Positions 38,725 to 51,180 of a stretch of 64,000 bases of DNA are shown piece after piece. Within the stretch, counting starts at the first letter, position 1; the number at the start of each line of letters is the position of its first letter. Source of the stretch: Felis catus (Eukaryota). A program made the position numbers and the translations under genes. Under the pieces are notes generated by a model. It ran no database searches. It saw nothing but the letters and a program-made list of their open reading frames with translations, and was not told the origin of the DNA. The stretch is taken from NCBI RefSeq assembly GCF_018350175.1, contig NC_058368.1, positions 54,376,001 through 54,440,000 on the forward strand. The letters are read 5' to 3'.

Positions 38725-38955
38725 TGGGCTTCAGAGCTCAGTGAACTAGACTTATATCCATATCTCTGCGCTGAAAAGGTCGCTGTCCTTAATAGAGATA
38801 CTTAATTCTTCTGTGTCTCTATTTTCCCACAAGTAGAGTAGGAAAATAACAGCATTCACCTCATTGGGTTATTGTGATATGCAGGGCTGAGATAAAACAT
38901 ATAAGCCATTTGGTACAATACCTGTTATAATAAATAATAAATGATAGTGTTATCA
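38725..38955 (+). mobile_element. MIR SINE
   Basis: CTTAATTCTTCTGTGTCTCTATTTTCC..ACCTCATTGGGTTATTGTGA. Confidence 0.65.
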
Positions 38956-38959
38956 TTTT

Positions 38960-39140
38960 TACATATTTTGCATTTCATTTTTCCTCAGAAAATGAAGTGA
39001 AATGGGTACTGTTATCCCCATTTTACAGATGAGAAAGATGAGAATCAGAGAAATTAAGTAAACTTCTGAATTCTGTGTAAGCCTAGTTCTATCTGGTTGC
39101 AAGATCACTTCTCCCATAGTATATACACCACATTGCCTTA
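38960..39140 (-). mobile_element. MIR SINE
   Basis: TGTTATCCCCATTTTACAGATGAGAAA..AGAGAAATTAAGTAAAC. Confidence 0.8.
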
Positions 39141-39364
39141 AACAGAGTTTGATTCAGCTCTCTTCTTCAAAAATCTTCAAAAATCTCAGCTTCAAAAATC
39201 TGTATGAGCCCTTTGGAGGCCATTGTTATTTATTTTTCAAAGCTAACCTTTAGAGTCTGTCTGAAATAATATTTTTTAAAAATTTTTTGTCAGCTTGTTA
39301 TTTACCTAGCAAATCCCCTAGCTAGGTAATGAAGTGGTTGTGGTCCAGTGGTACGAAAGTATTA

Positions 39365-39540
39365 ATAAGAATAGTTACCATTAATTACGAACTAGAGTGA
39401 GCACTTTGTATTGACTTCTGAAGTTTCCACAACAACCCTATCCATTTTATGGGGGAAGAAATCGAGTTTAAGGAATTTAACCTAAGGTCACACAGCCAGC
39501 AAGTGACTGAGCACAGAATTGCACCAGCTTTAACTGATTG
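39365..39540 (-). mobile_element. MIR SINE
   Basis: CACAACAACCCTATCCATTTTATGGGGGAAGAAATCGAG..AAGGTCACACAGC. Confidence 0.75.
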
Positions 39541-40230
39541 TTGTTTCCTTTCCTGATTACTAAACCAATGATTCTCAAATTTGGGCAACTTGAATCCTTA
39601 CACAAGGAGTAAAATCATGATTTCTGGATAATGGACATAAATCTCTCTGATTTTGCAGTGTTGCCTAGAACACTGGCCTCTACGCATGTGTCACTGAAAA
39701 TCATTGCCAGTGTCTAAGAGGTCAAGACTGCATCAAGGACGTAGACCAAATTTTGTCCGAACTTAGTCTAGTTTCCTCCAATTTAAATTTAGTGGTACAT
39801 GTAGCAGTTCCCATTCTCAGTCATTACAAAAGAAGGAGAACAAAGAAAAGGTGTGAAGGGTGGGGAGGAAGGTGACAAGTAAAAGGAAGGAAATTCAAAA
39901 CTGGATATAACCTCCCCCATTGTCATCCTTTGTCCACCTATTTTCAGTAAAATGTGGTTTTATGAGTGTGCACCTACTTGGATTGTTATATTTCTAGAAT
40001 ATATTTAGATCTGGGATTCATACTGCATAGTTTTTTCCTGGTGAAAGTTGCATCACCTAATTTCTTAGAGTAAAATATCTGTTCTTGCAAATTTGTAAGG
40101 GCATGTTGGCCACTCAGAAACGAATGAGTTTTCTTAGGCAACGAATCCATTCCAGGCTTCAACAGATATGAGTACAAGGACTGCCACATTTACAGAAATT
40201 TATTGAAATAACCCATGTTAAGTGAACCTG

Positions 40231-40612
40231 ATGGAGGCAGAGATTGGAATGGTGGTTGCTAGGAGCTGGGGACAGGGAGACCCGGGGGGTGTTAGTCAAA
40301 GGGTACACAGTTTCAGTTATGTAAATGAATAAGTCCTAAATATCTACTATTCAGTATAGTGCCTATAAGAAACAATACTATATTGCATACTCAAAAATTT
40401 GATAAGTGGGCAAATTTTATATTAAGTGTTCCTATCATACAAAAAAGAAATAATAAAAATGGCAGCAGGAAATTTTCAGAAGCGATGTACATGTTTATGG
40501 CATGGATTATGGTGGTGTTTTCATAAGTATATGCTTATCTTCAAACCCATCAAGTTATATACATTAAATATGTACAGCTTTCTGTATGCCAGTTATGCCT
40601 CAATAAAGTGGG
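40231..40612 (+). mobile_element. L1MB-like 3' end
   Basis: GAATGGTGGTTGCTAGG..GTCAAAGGGTACACAG..TACATTAAATATGTACAGC..CTCAATAAAG. Confidence 0.85.
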
Positions 40613-42198
40613 ATTTTTTTTAATATAGGAATAATCCCAAACACAAATCTCCAAGTCTGGAAATAAGACTTGTTTAGAGTGAGCAGAGACGCACCAGGTA
40701 TTCCTGACACTGCACAGTACAGCAATGCTTGCATGTACAGCTCAAATGTGAGAGCCATTACTTTGAGGGCCCAGGCGAGGCCATGTTTCTCCAGCAGGAA
40801 GTGTATCATGTGTGTGCAGAGGCTCTCTCCCTCTGCAGCCCTGCAGTCCCTCGGCAGTGTCCCTTGCCTTCTCACCCCTGTTCTTCTCACCCCTGGTCTT
40901 CTTCGGTCAGCTTCTAGCCTCAGGCCCTTGCTAGCTTCATTTAACAATCTTGGACACTCACAAGAGGAGATATGAACATGGCAAAGAGGATTATGGGTAG
41001 GGGACAGGTTTAAGAAGGCAAAATTTGAGAGTCAGATTTGGCAACGTGCAGGATGTGTTTCAGATTTTATTAATTTTATTTATTTAACTTTGTTTTTATC
41101 TCAGCACCCATCATCCTCCCATAATGAACTCCAGATGATGTTCTAACAGAGCCGGTGGCCTCTGCAAACAGAGCCAAATCAGTAGAATCTAAAGTCATAT
41201 TATTTATTAATGACTTAATGTTTAAAAAAGGCAGTGCAATTCACTAAAGAGGATTTTTGGTGAGGGATGCTTTAAATGAGATGCTAAATCAGATGCTGTT
41301 GACAGGAGACATTTATTCATTTACGGTGACCCATCTTGACTTTTATTTTTTATTTTTTTATGTATTCCTTGAACTGAGAGTTAGAAAAAAAAGTTACGTA
41401 CATGTTTCAAATTGTCCATATTTGGGTTGGGGATTGTGTTGTAACATTTAACAACAAATTAACAAACTGATTTAACAGTCTGTTAAATTAACAAATTGAT
41501 TTAATTGGCCATGCTTTTTCGTATGTACAGTAAAGATTATGTAAAATACAATCTTACTTTTATGTATGTGCGAGTATGGGGGGTAATTTTTTTCTTAAGA
41601 TTAAAGCACAGTTTAGAATGTTGCCAAAGTAGAACAGTCTGTGTCTAAAGTAAATTCAGAGACTTAAAACCAAGTAATTGGTGAGCAGATTCACTCGACT
41701 TATATAACCAAATATTAGAGCACATTATCTATGTGATTAAGGTGTATGACTTGAAATTAAACCATCAGTTTCAACTTTTGATCCATGATGTTGAAATATG
41801 GTAGGGTAAATTAGACCAGCTAAATATTATTCAACTGTATGTATTATAAACATGTAGATAAATCTATGCTGAAAACATATTTTATACCAAAATATATCAA
41901 CATTTTTATCAAAAGTAAAATATGAATATTCTGTTAGCAGTTGGTTCATATTTACATTTTATTTTCTTACTTCCAGTCTTTACTTCCCCATTTATTAAAC
42001 CATTGAGCAACAGAGAAAGGCCAAGGTTTTTTTCACCTACTGTAGCCCAGATAGGATGTATTGCACGTGTTACTTGAATAAGTTCTCACAGGGACCCTGA
42101 TAGAAAAGTAGTTCTTGCTAATTGTTCGAGGTGAGGGAACTGAAGCACAAGAAGAATGTTTATTCGTATCACTAAGAGGTTTAAGATTTGGAAATAGA

Positions 42199-42411
42199 GG
42201 GACACCTGGGTGGCTCAGTCGGTTGAGCCACCGACTTTGGTCATGATCTCACAGCTCGTGAGTTCGAGTCCCACGTCGGGCTCTGTGCTAACAGCTCAGA
42301 GCCTGGAGCCTGCTTCGGATTCTGTGTCTCCCTCTCTCTCTGCCCCTAACCCACTCACATTCTGTCTCTGTCTCTCTCAAAAATATATAAACAGTAAAAC
42401 AATTTTAAAAA
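42199..42411 (+). mobile_element. Can-SINE
   Basis: TSD ATTTGGAAATAGA at 42186-42198 and 42415-42427. Confidence 0.95.
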
Positions 42412-42577
42412 AATATTTGGAAATAGAAATCAGTGCTATATGAATCCAACAGTCATCTTTTCTACTGGTCCAATATAATTTTCAAAATCTCTTGTCAACA
42501 TTTAGTGCCTTGATTAAAAAAAAAATCTGATGACTCTCAAATCTTTATTGCTATAAAATTCCTTAGCATGGCATTTA

Positions 42578-42708
42578 TTTTTTTAAAGTTTTTATTCAAA
42601 TTACAGTTAACATACAGTATAATACTAGTTTCAGGTATACAGTTTGGTGATTCAACAATGTGGATGGACCTAGAGAATATTATGTTAAGCAAATAAATCA
42701 CTCAGGGA
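42578..42708 (-). mobile_element. Very short carnivore L1 with 5' inversion
   Basis: Minus-strand L1 3' end (42578-42657) plus plus-strand ORF2 C-terminal piece (WMDLENIMLS); TSD TAGCATGGCATTTA at 42564-42577 and 42709-42722. Confidence 0.88.
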
Positions 42709-42835
42709 TAGCATGGCATTTAGTATCCTCCCTAATACAGCTCCCTCCATGGTTTCCTACTTAAGTCTCACTACTTTTCTTTGCTTTTCTTATTATCAAC
42801 TCAATACAGAATTGGCATTTCCTTAACAGGCCCAG

Positions 42836-42866
<31 letters not shown>

Positions 42867-42879
42867 TCCCTCTGTTTAA

Positions 42880-43195
42880 TGGATCACCCTATTCACTTCT
42901 GCTTGGGTTATTTTCTCTCTTACCTGTATTTGTTGAAATCCTATATGGCGTCCAAATCTTAGGATAAATGCCACGTCTTCCACGAAGCTTCTCCTCATCT
43001 TTCTTAGGCAAGCCCTCATAAACCATTGCTTATGTTGGGAACCTGGGCAGTCTCTCCTATGTTATAGTTATTTGTGCCTCTGTTTTATCTCCTTTATCGG
43101 AGTCTCAGAAGGAAGACACTCATCGTTATATTTTCCAACTGTGAAAAGGCAAGGTCTGGCTATGTGGTAGAGGTTCAATAATTATCTCTTGACGA
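42880..43195 (+). mobile_element. L2 3' fragment
   Basis: AAATGCCACGTCTTCCACGAAGCTTCTCC..GGTAGAGGTTCAATAATTATC. Confidence 0.6.
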
Positions 43196-44227
43196 AGTGG
43201 GTTAGAGTGACAGGAAACTAAAGAATAATTTCAATTTTATTCTTTATTAGTGAGGTCCCAATATATGTGGCTGATTCTCATAGAACTTTTTAGAACTGTT
43301 AAAATGAAATTTGCTAACAACAGAATCTCCAAATGTTATCCCCAGGATAGGTTCTGGAATTGTAATATATAAAACCCTCTTGTAAGCTCATGGAAATCAT
43401 TTCAAAATGTCAAAGATTCTGGATTTGAAAACAATGATGATGACATTAATATGGAAAACACACGCAGTAATTAAGGATGCATATGTATGTGTGCATGCAA
43501 TATGTTCAATTTTTTTTATCAGATTGATATCCTTGCTTACTAAAGAATAGAACCCACTTGTGACAGAGAATGTTAAGATAATTTTTCAGTAACACATGCA
43601 TTGCTACAAGTTATAACAGTAAAAAAAAATATTATAAATTAAGGCACCTGGGGGTCATTCATCTCAGCTGGCAATACACCTGAATAAAAAAAGGAGAGCT
43701 GGACTTAATCTCCATGCCTGTCATTTATTTCTTTCACACAAAAAGTATGGGACACAGGTGGCCAGAAGTCAAAGATCATACTCTGCCTGAATGCTTCTTA
43801 AAGCATGGTACATATGTATGGGACCTGCTGGGTGAAATCAAAAAGTCACTAGAATGGGGTTCAATTTTAGTGACCCAGGTCAAAGGCCGTACTGCTTTTG
43901 GTGTTTTACAAATGTTTGACAGATTAAATACCCACCTCCTAGGGATAACAAATAGGCCATGGAACTAAAAGTATTCATAAGCATTAAAGCTTCATTCAGA
44001 ATTCTTCTCATGAAGGATGTAGGTCACATAAAATTAGTAATACGGTTACAATAATTTTTTCCTGTTGTCAAAAAATTATACTCTGGACAATATCCCTGAG
44101 TGTAATTGCAGATCATCCAATATGAAGAGTAGAAAAAAAAAAGAACAGAAGCAGTTTATAGACCTGACCCTCCCTGAAACATAGCATTACCTTTTACATA
44201 TTTTTTCATATTTGCCACATTCTTTTC

Positions 44228-44445
44228 TTTTTTTTAAGTTTTTTAATGTTTATTTATTTTTTACAGAAAGAGAGAGACAGAGTGCCAGGGAGGGAGGGGC
44301 AGAGAGACAGAGACACAGAATCTGAGGCAGGATCCAGGCTCCCAGCTGTCAGAGCAGAGCCCAACGTGGGGCTTGAACCCACGAATGCAAGATCATGACC
44401 TGAGCCGAAATTGGACACTCAACTGACTGAGCCACCCAGACATCA
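44228..44445 (-). mobile_element. Can-SINE
   Basis: Full body, degenerate head; GCCACATT on both flanks. Confidence 0.93.
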
Positions 44446-44897
44446 CAGCCACATTATTGTCTTAGATGCAGTGCCATTTTTCACTAATCTGCTATTCTGC
44501 ATTTTTTATAGTTCAGTATTTCTATAAAATTGATCTGGTATAAAGATATATTTTGACATAATCTGTGTGTATTACTGGAGCAATAATGTACGAAAATGTA
44601 TGTAAAAGTGCTTTACACATAATGCAAAATGCTCTGAAATTAAGACAGTGTGTTTATTTATTGACTGATTGATACCTTAATGATTGATTTTAAACATATT
44701 GGTATCAAATTGGCATAAACTGGAATATTTTACACTTCTGTACATATTATGGTTACTATTAGAAACCATCACCATCATGTAAGAATAACCAATGTTATCA
44801 CTGTATGGAGAATAGCAAATAATTGATTTTTCCAACTGATATCAAAGTTGTAAGGGATCCATTATTCACCACATAATTTTTATCTTATTTGACATTC

Positions 44898-45104
44898 TTT
44901 TTTCTTTAAGTTTATTTATTTTTGAGAGGGAGAGAGAGAGAGAGAGAGAGCATGAGCAGGGGAGGGGCATAGAGAGAGGGACAGAGAATCCCAAGCTAAC
45001 AGCACAGAGCCCAATGCAGGGCTCGAACTCACAAACCGTGAGATCATGACCTGAGCCAAAACCAAGAGTTGTACGTTTAACCAACTGAGCCACCCAGAAG
45101 CCCC
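44898..45104 (-). mobile_element. Can-SINE
   Basis: Imperfect TSD TTA.TT.ACATTCTTT at 44885 and 45105. Confidence 0.94.
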
Positions 45105-45324
45105 TTACTTTACATTCTTTGTGTCATTATTACATCTCTTCTTCAAATTTAAGCAAATATGGAAGATAAAAGTCAGACATTGATCAACATGAAGAATTTT
45201 CTTTATTTTTTAAAAATATTTTCTTATATAGGAAATATAATTCATTTTTTGGCAGCATACTATTAATTGTGAGATTTATGTTTTTTCATGTTTCAGTTAA
45301 ACAGTTTGGAAAAGTTCATGTTCT

Positions 45325-45392
45325 TTTTTTAATGTTTCAAATTTTTATTTAAATTCTAGTTAGTTAACTTATAGTATAATATTAGTTTCAAG
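45325..45392 (-). mobile_element. Carnivore L1 extreme 3' end
   Basis: TTTTATTTAAATTCTAGTTAGTTAAC.TATAGT..ATTAGTTTCAAG. Confidence 0.7.
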
Positions 45393-45545
45393 GCACCATT
45401 TTTATTTAACACAGTTTCTATTCACATTTGAACTCTTTCGGAAAATATGCTTACAAATTAATTTTTTTTGTAATATAACTTCCTCTTCTTAGTGTTCTTT
45501 TACAATTTGAAAACAATAATTTAATTTCCTTTGTGGCTTTTTGTA

Positions 45546-45721
45546 AACCAATGGATTAAATTATTGTTGAGTGAGAATCACCTTGAGGGTTAAAATACTG
45601 ATTGCTGGGCCTTACCCTAGAGTGGGCCTGGCTGGGGTCTAGGAACTGTCATTTCTAACAAATTCCCAAAGGATGTTGAAGCTCTTGGTCTGGAGATCAC
45701 ACTTTGAGAATCACTGATCTA
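45546..45721. mobile_element. MER5A (hAT-Charlie) DNA transposon
   Basis: AGAATCACCT..GATTGCTGGGCC..CATTTCTAACAA..CACACTTTGAGAATCACTGATCTA. Confidence 0.85.
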
Positions 45722-46719
45722 AGCAATGTGCCTTCACAATGTTCACTTCATAAAAAGTGAAAGAATGCTCTTAATAATATGGATATGGTCAAGTATGCCA
45801 ATATTTTATATCTTACAGATTTAATAGTAACACTTTCTTTAGTTCCTACTTTTATCTCGATGTTTTATCAAATAATTTGTCTTTCTTCCTAAGTTATGTC
45901 TCACCATCAACATTATTTTCTTTAATAGTAATTCTTAGAAGATCTAAAAACCATTTTAAAAGAGTTTTTATTAATTAATTTTTTGGCATCCTGTGTGCTA
46001 TCAATATCATTGTTATTGCTTTTTGAATCAGAGATGATGCTGATTCTATTTATACAAGGAAGAAGGTAACTGAAAACTCAAGCCATTCATTTTCTAAATT
46101 AAATTACAGTTTAATTACTGATTGCAAGATTTTACAATGTGTAATTTCCTTTTCATCAGAAGTAGTTCAAGCCACCTCTGCCTCCAGTGCTTTCATTTTA
46201 TATTGGTTATTGTCTGCGTTTTTTCTCAGAAAGCAATGCCTTTGTCACATAGACTTTACAGTAATTCTAGGTTACTCTAATGTTAACATATAATATGGAA
46301 AGTCTTGGAGAAAGTGTGCCCAAACCAATTACTTTTCATATGCACTTTAGCAGGTGAAATATATTGAGCCTACTGTCAATGTCAGATTTGTGTACCGGAA
46401 CTTATTAATGTTGTTCTAGGCAAAGAGATTGGCAGAAGGAAGATGGGGACCTAGAGATCTGGGATGTGAATGAAGCACTTAGCATCATATAAACACAACA
46501 GTGGGTCTTGCTTTTGGTTTGCTAGTGTGGACTTTTATCCCTCATTCTCCCTCTGATTATGTAGTTTTGTTTGACGCTATGTCTGTGTTGATTTCTTTAG
46601 ATAAAGAGACAGAGGAAAATAAGGAATAGTCTTGGTGCCCAAACTTTCTAATTTATAGTAATTAATTCTAATTATCACTATCCTCATTGTAGATGAAACG
46701 TTCTAATTGTTAGCTATTA

Positions 46720-46980
46720 TTTTTTTCTTTTTTTATTTAAATTCCAGCTAAGTAACACACAGTGTAATATCAGTTTCAAGTGTATAATTAAGTGATTCAA
46801 CACTTCATACAACACACAGTGCTCATCACAATTGCCCTCCTTAATCTCCATCACCCATTTAACCCATGCTTTCACCTCCCTTCTGGTTACCATCAGTTTG
46901 TTCTGATGTTAAGAACCTGTTTATTGTTTTTTTCTCTCTTATTTCCCTATGATCATTTGTTTCTTAAATTCCACAATGAG
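46720..46980 (-). mobile_element. Carnivore L1 3' UTR fragment
   Basis: GTGATTCAACACTTCATACAACAC..AGTGCTCATCACAA..TTTCTTAAATTCCACA. Confidence 0.88.
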
Positions 46981-47615
46981 TTTCAATAATTATTCATATA
47001 CATGTACTGATTTGCTAACTTTTAGACTTCTATTTATGCACACATACAAACACCACACACAAGGTTTTCAGTCTTAAAAAAAATCAGAAAGGATTAACAG
47101 CAGGCAAGTAAAGGGATATTGTCAATGTAAAAACACATGCTGATAATGCATTGTCCTTAACTTTGTTATTTAACTACCTCTTGAAAACATAGATGTGACA
47201 TATATTTTTAGATGTTCAGACTGATTTTTATTTTTAACTTATATATATTTGAAAAAATATGTATGTGTGTCTAAATATACATATACATACATACTCCTAT
47301 GTATATCTATATAAATATATACACATATACCTGTATATTACATATACATATATTTGTGTGTGTCCTGAGGGGTAAAGAGAAAGGAGACACTATAGAAAAA
47401 GCATTATGTAAGGGCAAAGATATGACTATGAGAAGTGAAAACAAAACAAATAAAACAAAACAAAAATGGCAGAATCATTGTTTATTCTTATTTTCTTCTG
47501 AAACATGTTATCAAATATATCTAATCACTGTGAGTATATCTTAGCACCCCAGTCTCACTTTCCTCTTCCCATTCAGACTCAGGTATATTCTATCAAAAAT
47601 TGTAGGTAAAGTCCT

Positions 47616-47835
47616 GGGGCGCCTGGGTGGCTCAGTCTGTTAAGCATCTGACTCTTGGTTTCGGCTCAGGTCATGATCTCACGGTTTGTGAGTTCGAGCC
47701 CTGCATTGGGCTCTGTGCTAACAGCACAGAGCCTGCTTGGGATTCTCTGTCTCCCCTCTCTCTCTGCCTCTACCCCACTCGTGTGCCCTCTAAATAAATA
47801 AATAAATAAATAAATAAACTTAAAAAAAATTAAAA
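47616..47835 (+). mobile_element. Can-SINE
   Basis: TSD AAAAA(T/C)TGTAGGTAA(A/G)GTCCT at 47595-47615 and 47836-47856. Confidence 0.96.
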
Positions 47836-48009
47836 AAAAACTGTAGGTAAGGTCCTGCTATAATTTACAACAGAGTATAAAAGAGTCAACTGACATTTCT
47901 TTGAGATTACAAATAAATTTTCCATAAATTAAAAAATTTCATGTTTACTGCTACTATCACAGTGAATTTATTTGCTAACTTCCTCCCTCAAATGATTTAT
48001 ATTTTAAAA

Positions 48010-48033
48010 GTTTTTTTTAATGTTTTCTTTATT

Positions 48034-48067
<34 letters not shown>

Positions 48068-48216
48068 CGAGCAGGGGGAGGGGCAGGCAGAGAGGGAGAC
48101 ACAAAATCTGAAGCAGGCTCCAGGCTCTGAGCCGTCAGCACAGAACCCCACAAACTGCGAGATCATGACTTGAGCCAAAGTTGGATGCTTAGATGACTCA
48201 GCTACTCAGGCGCCCC
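48010..48216 (-). mobile_element. Can-SINE with small internal deletion
   Basis: (GA)n segment, body, AGGCGCCCC head. Confidence 0.93.
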
Positions 48217-48288
48217 AAATGAGCCATTTGGAAAAGTTCTCTAAGTGAAGCAATTCAAAATAGAAATAGGAGTTGTAGTTATGCACAA

Positions 48289-48290
<2 letters not shown>

Positions 48291-48326
<36 letters not shown>
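48291..48326 (+). repeat. (GT)n microsatellite
   Basis: ~18 perfect GT units. Confidence 0.97.
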
Positions 48327-48328
<2 letters not shown>

Positions 48329-48555
48329 ATGTGCTCATGTGTGTTTGAATATGTTGGGAGGTAAACTCTACTGAGAGGAAGTCGGGAAAAGATTGCTTGT
48401 GAGAGAATCTTAGCCTGATGGAAAGCTCCACTCTGGAAATATATGATCATTTTTCATCAATAATGTATATTAATATTTATGTATTTACACTTAACTTGAA
48501 TAGGCTCCATTTTTCATATTATAGTTTATTTCCTTTATGCATGTTGAGTATTTTC

Positions 48556-48771
48556 TTTTTTTAAATTTTTTTAATGTTTATTTTTGAAACAGAGAGAGAC
48601 AGAGCATGAATGGGGGAGGGTCAGAGAGAGAGGGAGACATAGAATCCAAAGCAGGCTCCAGGCTCTGAGCTGTCAGCACAGAGCCCGACGCTGGGCTCGA
48701 ACTCACGGACCGTGAAATCATGACCTGAGCTGAAGTCGGACGCTTAACCGACTGAGCCACCTAGGCGCCCC
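48556..48771 (-). mobile_element. Can-SINE
   Basis: Near-consensus body; AGTATTTTC on both flanks. Confidence 0.95.
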
Positions 48772-49611
48772 AAGTATTTTCCTCCATTAGACTATAAAGC
48801 TTATTATTTTGAAAAAATAATACATCCAGTATTATACATACGGGATCTAGGCAACAAATTTTGACCAACAGAATTATTGTCCCATTTCAATCCTACAGCT
48901 GTATCCTCTAAAGGGGTAGAAAATAGAGTGCAGTGTCAGATATTTAGATATTCTCAGCCAAAAAAATAGATAGAAGCAATAATGTTAATAAATGGAATAT
49001 TTGGCTATATTTACATCATGGAATTTCTCTCTTTCTTCACCCACATTCCTGCTTCCAGACATCCAAGCAGATGGCAACCTTTTTTCAAACCTTGAAAGTT
49101 AATTTTAAAACTGATTTAAAAACAGAGTAATGGTTTTCAGGTTAAATATTTCTAAGAAAAAAATAGGGAATCATTTTTATCTAACTTTTGATACAGTATT
49201 TTTTGATAAGGAGGTTTCCTGCGAATGAATAAAGGAGATTTGGAATTTGATACCCTTTCATAAATCAGCTCTCCAAACATGGGACTCCACTTTTCAAAAT
49301 TCAGCTAAGAAAATAACATCTGCCTAAGTAGGAAGCATGCCAATTATTGGCATTCCTATGTAATATTCTGAAATACCACTCACTGAGGTTTCAGTACCTA
49401 ACTCTTAAGCTACCTTTCATCTTTTTTTCTGTTTTGTGGTTTGTTGTGCAAGACTTCACACTTTAAACAACTGAGAAAAACAGAGAGTTACAATGACACA
49501 ATGCAAGGGCCAAGTTGTGCTCAAAACTTTGAATTAGCCCCCCCTCCCCCCCCCCGCAGTTGCCTGCCTCCAGGTGATTTGTTATCTCCTAAATGCATGT
49601 TACTCTAATCA

Positions 49612-49837
49612 TTATTATTAATTAATTAATTTATCTATTTTGACAGACAGAGAGAACATGAGAGGGGGAGAGAGACACAGAGGGAGAGAGAGAGAGAAAG
49701 AGAGACAGAGAGAATCTTCAGCAGGCTCCATGCTCAGTGTGGAGCCAATGTGGGGCTTAATTCCACCACCCTGGAATCATGACCTGAGCCGAAATCAACA
49801 GTTGGACCCTCAACTGACTGAGCCACCCAGGCACCTC
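49612..49837 (-). mobile_element. Can-SINE, older subfamily
   Basis: GCAGGCTCCATGCTCAG..ATCATGACCTGAGCCGAAATCAA..GAGCCACCCAGGCACC. Confidence 0.92.
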
Positions 49838-50964
49838 CTTAATGCATTCTTAAAAGCCAATTCCCTCCTGTTGCTTGTCAGAAATTGAGAGCCAGTTTAT
49901 TTCAGAAAAAACATGAGTTTATAATACTTTTATTTTTCATCTATAACACAAAGCCAAAGAGAAACGATCTATTTATGAAATATGGAAGTAACCTGGAGCT
50001 AGATGGATATACCCAAAGAGTAAAGGAATTTGCATTTGAGTTGCTGCGTGACATTCAGGACAGAAGCAGACAAGGTGAAGGCAGAGACAATCTGCCGTTG
50101 GTAAAACAGTTGACATCAGAAATTCCCTGCTGTTGGCAGCAAGAAGAGTTCTCCAGCTAAGGTGAAGACACTTTAAATTCTGATTTAATCCTTCTACTTG
50201 TTTTTCCCCCGTGTATTATGGTTCTATAGCTTTGAGTTTTCTGTGAGACCTGGTCCCATGTTGGTGATTACTATTTTCCTTCTAACCAGACAGATTCGGA
50301 TACAAAATCATCTGTTACTTGAAGTAACACGATGGAGACTCTTGCCAGCATGACCGGCAATGCTCATTTATTTTGTTGCCAGTGGTTGCTGTAAAAAAAG
50401 TGTCAGTATACTGCTTAAGTGCACATTTTTATACCAAATGGTGGAATATCTTAATGGCTTAGTGTGCCAAAGGCAAATTCAAATTTCTTTCAAGGATTCT
50501 AGTTATGAATATATTTTAAATTGTTTTCAAATCTAAAATAAAATAATTAGTGATCACAACATGGGACCAGTCTTATTCTCCGTATAAACTTATCAGAGTT
50601 TGACTGAAATCACTTATTGTGTAACATTAAATGTTCGCATTGACTATGATGGGGCAAATTATTGCACGTGAGCAACTAACAAACCACAAGAAAGTAAAAG
50701 ACCATTAATGCTGAAGGGGGAAGATTAAACTGGGTGGTTTAAATTGGGTAGTTCTTGCAGGGGTATGTAAACCCAGAGTGGTACAATGTTCTGTCTCAGT
50801 CTTTGTGCCACAGGTTGTCAGTGACAATTCTGTTGAGCTTCTGAGCACTGTAGGGGCACAACAATATATATCCTTCATGTTGGAAGTGGGGGAAGGTCTT
50901 TCTTGCCTCATCTCACAAGCCTTTGATGTGATTGGCTTTAAATTAATAATTTTATCCATTTCCC

Positions 50965-51180
50965 TGGAAGAGCAGTTTAGCACACGAGCTTTTGGCCTCT
51001 GCTTGAATGGGTCCTCCAGCTCTGCCACATAGTGACTATGCGACTTTGAAACTGTGTCTCCATTTCTGTATCAAAGAATATGTAGCCAAGAAAGGAATTT
51101 ATAGAGTTAAATAGGGATGAAGAGAGGTAAATATAAATGTAAAGTATCTAATACATAGTAAGCACTTACTAAACGTTAAC
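50965..51180 (+). mobile_element. MIR SINE
   Basis: CCAGCTCTGCCAC..CATAGTAAGCACTTACTAAACGTTA. Confidence 0.65.

Noticed and set aside
39302..39329. Small hairpins (also 25327-25352, 30486-30501, 62453-62472)
   Set aside because: Short stems or low-complexity context; expected by chance.
48578..48760. Recurrent 'MAQSVKRPTSAQVMIS…' ORFs (also 10442, 42210, 59355, 60698) as a peptide family
   Set aside because: Translations of the Can-SINE consensus from GTG starts.
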